Positions 22,751 through 33,817 of a DNA stretch of 36,362 nucleotides are shown piece by piece. The notes beneath the pieces were generated by a model. It was not told the origin of the DNA and ran no database searches. It worked only from the letters and a program-made list of their open reading frames with translations. Position 1 is the first letter of the stretch. Each line of letters opens with the position of its first letter. A program made the translations under genes and the position numbers. This stretch comes from Kipferlia bialata (Eukaryota): the NCBI GenBank assembly GCA_003568945.1, contig BDIP01000048.1, positions 1-36,362 on the forward strand, in the 5' to 3' direction.

Positions 22751-25700
22751 GGGAGTCTTACCGGTTTGACTACCCCTTGGCTTGAGGCGGAAATGATCAG
22801 ACTCGCAAATGGTTCCACGAAGAGTCTTACAGTACGTCTACCTGTTATGGTGTTAATTTGGATGTATATGTGAGTGTCCACGTACATCTGTGTGTGTGTG
22901 TGTGAGTGTGTGCGTGGGTGTGTTTTCATTAATAGATATATATTGTATCCATACTCTCACACACATGCCATTGTTCACTACGTATCAAGCAGTCTCCGTT
23001 TCGGCTGTGTAACAGACGAGTACATGTTGAGGCACACAACACAGGTATCCTTACATCTATGAATAATACTATTACACTATTATAAATAGTAGTATAAATA
23101 TTAACAGACGAGTACATGCTCATGCACACTGTGCAGCACAGAAGACATGTATACATACTATGCAATTACATTGGATTGATAACAAAGTGTAATTTAAGTT
23201 GACGTACCGTCAATATATGTTGGTGTACTGTATTGTATTGTGTATTCAAATGGTAGACAGTATGAATGATTGTTTCAGCCATTCACGCATATATTATGGG
23301 TATCAACTATTAGATCACTTTCACTAATCTAATCACCCCAAGGGAGTGAGTATTGTACGGGTGACTCATGGAATAAGGACAAAGCATGTGGTCGATGGCG
23401 TGCTTCAGAGGAGTGGGGGAAGGTGATATGTCATGTATCATGTGGGTATATCATATAACACTCCACCATAATCTCTATATATCACTACTTTCTTTCATAT
23501 TACCCTCACTGGTGCTATGTGTTTCATATTGTGGTATTTGCTGTTAAAGTGAAGTTTGACTAAGTGCAGGGCTCTGTTCGTGGAACCACCAATCCGTATT
23601 CAACGGCAAGTACTCGATGCATTGCCTGACCTTGTAAAATATGCTTCCAGAGTGAGTCAAAGAAGTGAATAATGTGGAACAACAAGCCTTACAGTTCTTT
23701 ACGTGATTGTGTGGAGGGTAGTGGTAGTGTTCAATACTCGGTTTTGAGCATTCTTACAACAGGCACAGACTAGGTCGTTTCTCTATGATGACAGACCCGG
23801 TTCTGAGCCCTTTCACCTCACACGCATTGTCAACCCACCTGCAAAGAGATCGATCAAAGATATCATCAAGGAACACTTTGTTAAGGGTGACGGATACAGG
23901 TATGGGCCTTGCACCTTACTTCTATATATATTTATATTACATGCTTCTTTTGGGGCACCGTCAATGTATCACCGGTGAAACATGTTATCTATGCATATAT
24001 CTATCATATCAGGTATATTACCGTATATTGTGACTCACTTCCTAGGGGAGTCTGGCGTCTTCGGCCTGAATCTCCCCTTGTGACGCTGGAGACGCTTCAG
24101 CCTGGGGTGGATCCATTCCTACACTTGAGAACTAATCTCGACACTGATGTTTCTGAAGAGGTTGACAATACTCCAATGGAACCCTCTGAGTGGACTGATG
24201 ACGAGTGGGGTTTCTGGTTCCAAACATGTGACGATAGTGCTGTAAAGGAAGCTGTGAGGCAGAGAATTAGGGGAACTGCCCATACACATTGGTTCAGCCG
24301 TATGTATCCAGTTTCGCTTTGCTCTTCATTGAAGCATACCAACCTACTTATGTCGAAATGTCACTTCCCTCTTAGTAGAGTATCCCTGGGTGACACTGGC
24401 ATTTTGCAACTTGTAACAGCCCTTCCTCAGCTATGTGGTATCCACACGGTATGTGTCAATATATGTAAAGTATATCTATATATGAAGTGTATTCCATGTA
24501 TACTGTGTCTCTACATCTCTCTACTTCCATCTACCTACCCTCTTTAGAGCAATGCACATAATCTTTACTACCATCGGAGTCCGTTTGTGACCTTATCGCC
24601 ACACCGTTGCATCTTTACTCATCCACAGCTTTCGCTTATGCACAACAGGATTGGAGATGTGGGAGCAGTAGCTCTAGCACAGACGCTGCATCACATGAGA
24701 GACCTCACATATGTACGTCCAAAACGACGTTTGTTCTCTGATTCTGTTGTGTCTTCTCTTTGTAAATGTAAACTCTCTATCAGTAATGCAGCGAGTCTGG
24801 ATATACACTATCTTACGATAGCTTGGACTCCATGGAAACAATATCGGGGACATTGGTGCTGTTGCTCTTGGCGAGGCTGTCTTGGATCATCAGAGTCTAA
24901 AGCAGGCAAGTCTCTTGTATATTGACAAGTATATGCAGTTTCCACTCCAATGTGGAGAGCCTGTCCTTATCTTTCCATGTGACTCATCCTCAGGTCTGGC
25001 TGACTCGGAATCAAGTTACTGATAGTGGTGCGATGTCTCTGATTAGTATACTTGGAGGCTCAGTTGGACAGGTAACGCCTTCTTCTGTCAGAACCACATG
25101 ATAATCGATGGAGTGTAGTATATCTACTGAGTATACTCCCCATATACTTGTCTCATCCTCAGATCTGTCTGACTGATAACCATATTAGCCAACCAGTGTT
25201 GGGCAGAATCCGAAGGATCACTCGGAGAGAGGCTGCTTCGGCAAGGTCTCTGAATGAAGGCAGCCTATCCACTGATATCCAAGAACTCTGTTGTGATATC
25301 TCAGCAGAGCCATGGACCAAGAACCAGATGGTCGAATGGCTGAACAGTTGCAACGTACCAACTGTGCGTGCAGCCGTGGAGTCGTGCTTCAACTTGAAGT
25401 GGCCTACGGTATACTCATATATAGAGTTGATGGATATATGATCATAATTCGACATATGTCTGAAAGACAATTACGCTGCCACCACTCACACTCAGCTCTA
25501 TCTAGGTCAGAGGGATCTGAGGGATGGAGACGTAATTCCCTTCTTCTCTGTTCTGCCCAGACTGTGCAAGTTACTGCAGAAGACCAAGATGTCGTACTGT
25601 TACTATGCTAAGAGCCGTCAACCATGTATTCAAGAGGTATCAATGCCATAGTGTATCTATTGTATGGCCAGTATCAGTTCTGATCTAAGAGTGTGTATGT

Positions 25701-27951
25701 GAACTTGTACGTTGCAGCTACACACTCCACACGAGCTTCTAAATGTCAGATAAGACTGGAACACAACCAGATAGGAGACAGTGGGGCTATAGCTCTCGCC
25801 CAGGCCCTTCCATTCATGTTCCATTTGTCAGTGGTATGTAGGTGTCGTAATTGTATGTTAAAGTAGTTAATCCTGTTACAGTTATAGAAATCTCATGTAT
25901 CAGGTGAGACTCCATGGGAACAGTATTGGAGACAAGGGATTCCTTGCTCTTGCACGTGCTATCTCGAGTCACAAGGCCCTCACCAGGGTGAGATCAAGCA
26001 CTATACTGCTTCCCGTTGCCTCTATTGTGTGACACATTGTATGTGTAATTTGCCACCACTCTACCTTGACCCCTTTCTTTGACCATAGGTATACATATCG
26101 CCCATGAACATGACTGACGGTGCGGCCAAGGCATTTGTACAGAGCCTTGGAGAGTCTGTGGAAAAGGTTGGTGAATGGTATTGTGACTCTTGGTCATAAT
26201 AGTCCTCTATCCCATTTCACTTCTAGGTCTGCCTCTTTGGGTCGGGTATCAACACGGTGCTCATCCGACTGATGAATGAGGCTGTTTCTACCCTAATGGT
26301 GTCTAGGCGTACTGCTGTTGATGGTGTTGCAGCTGATAGTGATCACACGCCAGGGACGGAGACTGTGGAGAGAGAGGGTGTGGTTGGGCAGGCCACCATA
26401 GACACATCTCCAGCCTCACTAGCTCTAGACGCCACCCTGGCCAGAGCGGCTTTCAGGCAGGGCATGTATGGCATGAGTAGCTTATTTGGCAGGCTCTCGG
26501 TCTCTGTGGCTAGAGGGAGAGACGTCGTACTGAAGAGACCCAGAGAGAGTGCAGTCCGAGACGTGTCTAGTGAGGCGCTAGAGGTCACATGCCACTCTTC
26601 TAGGTCTCATGCTCTGAAGCGTCTTGCGTCACCAGCCAAGCGGAGACCACTCATGTCACGTACTTGCCTATTGACAGAGGTAGATCCATTTGATGGAGGT
26701 GTCAACGACCCATTTGAGGGAGGGGAGGATCCTTTCCAGGAGATTGATGAGATCAAGTATGTGTGGTGCCCAAGCCGGCATTGTGTTGGAAGTGGAGATC
26801 CCTTTGAAGAGATGGATCCGTTTCTGGGAGATGGGGACCCATTCAGAGAGGACGATCCATTTGAGGAGGTGGACACTGCACACCTTGGGATACATGATCC
26901 ATACTATGGCTCAACACAGAGGATACCAACTCTCGATTGGGATGAGGTAGATCCTTTCTTGGGTGATGCGACCCCGCTAGGTACAGAGTTGGATCCCTTT
27001 GCTGATGGCTATGGTACTGTTGCTGAGCCAGAGTGTCTGGACATCTCTGACGATGATGTACACATTACTGAGAGTGTGGGTCAGGACACTGGTGTGAAGG
27101 GCCCTCACTCGGAGAGAGTACACGCGGTAGAAGGTACTACCCTAGCACCAGTGGATGCATCACAGACGCTTGATGGGATTGGTGAGACTATGGATGGAGA
27201 GACTGAGGTTGACATCCTTCGCTCACTGCTGGCTACCAAGGACACTGAGGCTGTTGCTCTGCGCTCGCAACTCTCCACCAGTACCCAAGAGGTAGCGTCT
27301 CTACACGCACAGGTTGCCTCTCTTCACGCCAAGATGACCTCTCTTCAGCAGTCCCACACTGCTACTCTGGAGACCAGTCACCAGCAGTACCTCCAGATGC
27401 AGCAGTTATACTTGATGCAGGGGAAGAGTACTACTCAGGAGAGGCAGAGAGTGATGGGTCTCACAGAGAAGTGCCGTTCCCAGCAGACAGAGATAGATAG
27501 TCTGCGGTCTCAAGTTGCTGTCGAGACCAAGCGATCTGCCTCGCTGCAGTCAGATCTTCAGGGTAGAGACCTCCAGATATCGTCGTTGTAAACCACAGTG
27601 AAGGAGCTTCAGGACACCCACACTGCGGCATTGCAGGCGAAGGACCAGCAGTATCAGAGCATGGAACAGGGGTTTGCGACAGCTCTACAAGAGAGAGACC
27701 AGCAGTACACTGCTTTGGACCAAGTGCTAGAGGAGCAGAAGGCCAAGTCTATTAAGGCTAAGCAGAGACGGAGACAGGCACTGGCAGAGGTGGAGAGACT
27801 GCGTACACTGCTGTCTGAGGTTGAGGGTCAGAACCTCATAGACACCATCCCTCTTGATCTGGATGAGGACCAGTACTCTGAGTCAGTGGGAGAGGAAGAG
27901 GGAGTGGGAGAGGGAGAGGGAGAGGGAGGGGGCGATTTGGAGATGGCCTGA
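22751..27951 (+). pseudogene. Paralog 2 of the LRR-DPF-coiled-coil gene, probably pseudogenised (5' exons may reach ~21771)
   Basis: Same exon series as paralog 1 (e.g. LTGLTTPWLEAEMIRL, LSLMHNRIGDVGAVALAQTL, LGLHGNNIGDIGAVAL; 9 DPF motifs; shared C-terminal EVEGQNLIDTIPLDLD). In-frame TAA at 27589-27591 opposite CAA in paralog 1, and AT instead of AG at the expected acceptor 22965-22966. Confidence 0.7.
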
Positions 27952-28073
27952 ACGGCAGTATATCCGTGACTTATGGTTGATAGACATACCTCCATTGTTT
28001 TTGCGTCTTGAACCCTTTTCCCACACCGTTTTCGTCCAATGATTGACTCCAATCTTGCCTCTCTTCTCATAGC

Positions 28074-28167
28074 AATGCAGTGTGGTGTTGTTGCCCTGCT
28101 CTGTGCCTTGGCACTCTGCATATGCACCACATGCCCGCCTGGAGGCCCAGCAGACCCGAGTGAGAAC
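28074..28167 (+). CDS. Possible first exon of a secreted protein, no clear continuation
   Basis: MQCGVVALLCALALCICTTCPPGGPADPSEN followed by the strong donor gtgagt; signal-peptide-like; downstream exons not convincing. Confidence 0.3.
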
Positions 28168-28358
28168 GGTGAGTGGCAATATACTACTCTGTATGTGTTG
28201 GAGTATTGTAGACTCCATATGTCTCTCCATCCCACTACCTTGTACTATACAGTCGTCTCTCCCTCAATATACATACCGGGGGCTTAATGTGATTAGCTGG
28301 ATGGCAGGGGCACCTACTATTGTGACTGTTGTTAGCATATGGGTACCAGTTACGCCTA

Positions 28359-28389
<31 letters not shown>

Positions 28390-28396
<7 letters not shown>

Positions 28397-28957
28397 CCCA
28401 GCTTCACTACCCTCTGGGTACCATCAGCCATGGACACACACAGGTTGGCTATCCTGACCTGGTATTAATGCCTTAATACACACACATATATGAATAACAT
28501 AGAAAGTGTACCAAACAGTGATGAACTAACGTAATATCCAAATCTTCCTCACCTGTACGGCAATTGCGCCTCCCAGCTGGTAGTAGTCTCTCTCTCTCTC
28601 CTCCTCTATCCGCTCCTTCTCCTGAGGGGTTGCTGCATAGTAATCCGCAGAATCATCCCCTCTCTCCCCTTCTCTCTCCCTCTCCGAATTGAGTGAGGAT
28701 AGCTGGAGAGGACCTTTCTCACCCCCTGCCCCTCTAGACGTTCTCACAGCATAGGATGCAGACGGTGATGAGAATGGGTTGTATACAGGTCCAATGTCTA
28801 GATGGTCCTGTGAAGCTGTGGCCCCCATGCCCTTGGTGTCAGCAACCCAGTCATCATCCTAGGGGTTAGTGATATATATAGGTACATGTAGAGAGAGAGG
28901 GGGGGGGGAGGCCCCATCCCGTTTGTGTCAGCCACCCAGTGATCGTGAGTGATGAGG

Positions 28958-28988
<31 letters not shown>

Positions 28989-30941
28989 TATCGACGTTAC
29001 CTGTCCTTCCACTATGAGTCTCAGCACAGTCTTTGCAGTGGCCAGGTCAGCTAAGAGTGAGGGGGTATGTATACACATTTGTCTATGTATACATATATAT
29101 ATAGAGAGAGAGAGAGAGTGTGTGTGTGTCAACAATAGCCAAAGTCAGCTGGGGATAAGGGATATACATATGTGAATATATGAATAGAGAGAGGGAGAGA
29201 GAGAGAGAGGGAGAGAGACCACATCTTTAGATCAGTGAAGCACATGAAAGAAAACACAACACTCCCATATGATAAGAGCATATGATTCCAACAGGTACAG
29301 CTACACATACTATACCCCACCTGTCTCATAAACTGGCACATGCGGGTATCCAGAGCTTCCATAATCCCTAAGTATTAGAATAGAGCAACGACAAATATTT
29401 ATTATAGCTATCCCTAGGTGTGAGAACAATACAAATACAAACATGCATTTCTAGTTTCGGCATTACTAAGACACCATAAATACTCCTCTGCATCCTATGT
29501 CACACTGTAATATTCTGAAAGGAAGGGAAGGGAGCAACACGTACTTGTCCAGGGCGAGAATGGCAACAATAGGATCCAACTTGGACACTGGAAATACAAC
29601 CTAGGGGTTAGGGGGGGGGGGGAAGAAAGGAAAAGGAAAAACTTACGAATAGAGACAGCAATCTTTAATCAAAAGAGAACAATAATACATTAACCCTTGA
29701 TACATGCAGTACCTGATAGAGAACTATATCTAACAATTATTAATATGTATCCAAGTACCTGGTACAGGTCCCGTGTCACGTCCTCTTCCCTCTCGATAGC
29801 AGACCTGGAGACATAAGCATAAGTGACAAAACAGATATCACACAGGGAAGAGTCTAACACCGAGAATTGGAATGTGATATTGTTAACATACCATGTGCTC
29901 CTGGCAATCACTGTCCTGAAACAAATGTAGTAGAATAGAACAATTTAATACAGTACATATCGGCCCTACCTTGTGTTTCTGTCAATGACAATCCTGGAAC
30001 ACAAGTAAATAGAGAATTGTATGGTGTGGTAAAACACAATACTATATACCTCGTGTTTCTGTCAATGACCATCCTCAAACATATACATTTCAAATATTAT
30101 AGGATAATATCATGGTTATACCTTGTGTTCCTGTCAATGACCATCCGCCTCTCCTTCTTCCTGACCCGGATGGCATCCAGGGAGTTGGACAGGATCTCGT
30201 GTCTAGAGTTAGAGGGTATGGAGTATATATGTATGTCTATACATATATGTATAAATATATATATGTATAGACGAGTGAAGAATATCTGACCCGGATGGCA
30301 TCCAGCGAGTTGGACAGGATCTCGTGCCTAAGGTAAATAGTATATATACACTATATGTAGATATGTAGATTCTACTCTTATCAATATCTGACATCTGATG
30401 GCATCGAGGAAGTTGGACAGCATCTCAAGCCAGGAGACATATTCATATCAATGTATATATGGGTATATATATATATATGGGTATATATATGGGCAAGACC
30501 TCACCTTGACAGTTTGTATGGTAGCTCAGGTGGCTTGTGGCGGCTATTGACTGGTGAGTGAAGGTCACTGCAAGTTAGTATGATTCCGGTATACAATAAT
30601 AGTGTTTGACACTCCCATTGGGAAGAGGTGACGAAGAGGATAGAGGGTGAGAGAGAGAGAGAGACATGATCCATACCTATGGGCCGGGGAGTGTGCCACA
30701 TAGTGGATGATCCTGGGAGTCAGAGGGGCTACAGACACGTATATACAAACACTTGGAAACACTGCAAGGACATCATATATGTATGTATACACATTGGTTT
30801 GAGGTACCCATGAGTATGTCGAAAGATTACATTCATACACTTGTGGGAATTGAATACATACATGTATATATATGAATACCTTGGCTTGAGGTACATGATG
30901 GCCGAGAACGCTGGGATGCGGGAGGTCATGTGCTCAAGGCT
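28390..30941 (-). CDS. Hypothetical protein, 10 exons, 5' end missing
   Basis: Phase-compatible exons 30880-30941, 30677-30712, 30505-30543, 30122-30202, 29759-29804, 29545-29600, 29321-29367, 29001-29050, 28553-28858, 28390-28458: SLEHMTSRIPAFSAIMYLKPRIIHYVAH...HEILSNSLDAIRVRKKERRMVIDRNTRSAIEREEDV...VRIANLCVSMADGTQRVVKLGR*. No family recognised. Confidence 0.75.
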
Positions 30942-31472
30942 CTGGGGTCAGGTTCAACTCTAACTAGGCTTAGAATCATACACTTCAATATCTCCCCTCC
31001 ACTATCAGAAGAATAAGTCCATCCACGTACTCTATAATGGGCACAGTGTGTCTATCATCTGAAGCATGACAAACCTTCTCTCTAATCTCCCTCTCTCTAT
31101 ATATATGTACATATACATATACACATACACACGTATATACCTTCAGAGTGAGGACTGCATTGTCTGACACGTGAAGACATTCTCTCTCTCTCTCTCTCTC
31201 TCTCAAAATACATACATACATACCCAAATACAAATATATATGTAATATATACCTTGAAAGTGAGGACTGCATCGTCTGACAACGTGAATTATTCCCTCTC
31301 CCCCCCCCCCCGGTTTGTATCACTATTTATGTCTCACCCTCCAGGACAGCTCCCTCGTCAACGCCATTATAGTTACTTTATATGTATATGTATATATGTA
31401 TACAGTGATCAATAGTATGTATTGTACTGATTACTATGTACTGTATCACTCTATATACATCTCACTCTCCAG

Positions 31473-33059
31473 GACAGCTCCCTCGTCAACGCCAACCTCC
31501 ACGGCCTGGCACTCGACAGTACGTTCTTCTCTCTCTCTCTCTCCGTCTACACCCTTTTGTGCATATTGAAGTCAACCTGTCACAATGCATGACGATATGT
31601 TTTCTCTCTCCCTAAACCCCATTAATGCCTAGACCTTGACCTCTCTGGGTGTGATCTGTCTCTCTCTCTCTCTCTCTATACCCTTAATTCCTAGACCTTG
31701 ACCTCTCTGGGTGTGATATGTCCCACGCTGACCTTGGGGAGTGCTCCTTCAACAAGGCAGTCTTGAAGGGGACTATCTTGAAGGTATATAATGTATATAT
31801 ATATATATATAACAAGGCTATCTTGAAGGTAACCATACTTAATGTACTTAAGGTAAATATTTACAATATTGATGGTGAGTGCTCTTTCAACAAGGCAGTC
31901 TTGAAGGGGACTATACTTAAGGTATATAAATACAACATTGATATATATATATAGAGAGAGAGAGATGGTCATTCAACAAGGCAGTCTTGAAGGGAACTAT
32001 CCTGAAGGTATTATTGACTTCATATATTGACGTTTCTCCCCAGGGTACCGTATTTTCCCACTGTTCTAATTTTGCAACATTGTATATATATATGTATACA
32101 TATCTTTCTATATACTAATCTCACCCCCAGGGTACCGACCTGTCCCACTGCAGTGGCATTGACAATTATTAATACAGATAATACATATACTTTACTATAT
32201 GTGCACTGTATGAATATATGTATATATATATATAAATATATATACATTTATAATATACTATATCTACATTGTCTTACCTTAAGGGTGCCGACCTGTCCCA
32301 CTGCAGTGGCATTGACAAGAAGATGCTCCATGCCGTGGCAGACCTGAGGTACAGTGTATATGGTATATATGTTTATATATATATTGTATGATGTTAGTCA
32401 CATGTATGATGCTGCACGCAGTGGCGGACCTCAAGTAGGGAGTATATAGAGTGAAGATAGTGTGTATACACGTGTATATTCCTGAGGCAGACACGCTTCA
32501 GCTGCCTCTTTCGATGAGTTCACCCTTAGGGAGACCAACCTCTCTGCCCTCAACTTCCCTGATACTCTATACACATTTGTANNNNNNNNNNNNNNNNNNN
32601 NNNNNNNNNNNNNNNNNNNNNNNNNNNNNNNNNNNNNNNNNNNNNNNNNNNNNNNNNNNNNNNNNNNNNNNNNNNNNNNNNNNNNNNNNNNNNNNNNNNN
32701 NNNNNNNNNNNNNNNNNNNNNNNNNNNNNNNNNNNNNNNNNNNNNNNNNNNNNNNNNNNNNNNNNNNNNNNNNNNNNNNNNNNNNNNNNNNNNNNNNNNN
32801 NNNNNNNNNNNNNNNNTGTGTGTATATGTGCTATTGTTAGCTGTATATCTAATCTCTAGGGAGACCAACCTGTCTGCCCTCAACTTCTCTGATACTCTCA
32901 ATATGTATATATATATATGTGTGTGTGTGTGAATATACATATAGGTAGATAGATAGATACTGTATATTCTATCACTCACTTCTAGGGAGACCAACCTGTC
33001 TGCCCTCAACTTCTCTGGGTTCAGCCTCAAGAAGCTGGACATGACTGGGTGCATCCTAG
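31473..33059 (+). CDS. Pentapeptide-repeat protein fragment (4 exons; both ends missing)
   Basis: Exons 31473-31518, 31695-31783, 32284-32348, 32986-33059 join in frame: DSSLVNANLHGLALDNLDLSGCDMSHADLGECSFNKAVLKGTILKGADLSHCSGIDKKMLHAVADLRETNLSALNFSGFSLKKLDMTGCIL, an A(D/N)Lxx periodicity. Confidence 0.85.
32582..32816. other. Assembly gap (235 N) inside an intron
   Basis: Run of N; flanked on both sides by echoes of the same downstream exon, so the scaffolding is locally consistent. Confidence 0.99.
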
Positions 33060-33440
33060 GTATGTATATATAGATATATACATATATATACATGTACAAT
33101 AATCAATATATATATGTTTGAATATTAGAATATGTATATAGTGCATATATATATATCTGGCTTAAGCCTCAAGAAGCTGGACATGACTGGATATGTACTA
33201 CGTGTGTATACATTCATATATATATATATATACTTATTAGTTAATGTATATAGTGCATGTATATATATGTGGTGTCTATATCTGGCTTCAGCCTCAAAAA
33301 GCTGGACATGACTGGATGTGTGCTAGGTTTGGATTGGGTATATATAGTATGTATGCTATTGTATGGTACATTTAATATCATTGTGTATGTCCAGATATTG
33401 TGGACAGTATATTTTTAGACGTGACTGGGTGCATCCTTGG

Positions 33441-33483
<43 letters not shown>

Positions 33484-33496
33484 ACCCTTATTCCAG

Positions 33497-33688
33497 GGCA
33501 GCTATGCCACCAGCCAGTGTGACCTGTATGTCAGACAGAGCAATGAGGCACTGTCCACATCTCAGCTGCTCAGGACAAGGTATGGTCCATATATCATAGT
33601 ATCCATTTCTTACATGTAATCTGGTCTGTCCATGCATATTCTTTTTCTCTCTCCCCCTATCTCTAAGCTCAGCACCCCATTGCCCACT

Positions 33689-33726
<38 letters not shown>

Positions 33727-33780
33727 TCTAACCTCAGTACTCCCTTACCTACTGACGGGTCCGATCTGTCGGTGACTCTA

Positions 33781-33817
<37 letters not shown>

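Noticed and set aside
27589..27591. TAA = Gln alternative genetic code as in hexamitid diplomonads
   Set aside because: TAA ends the tectonic gene at the expected position, TAG ends paralog 1 in register with the TGA of paralog 2, and no other in-frame TAR appears in the spliced models.
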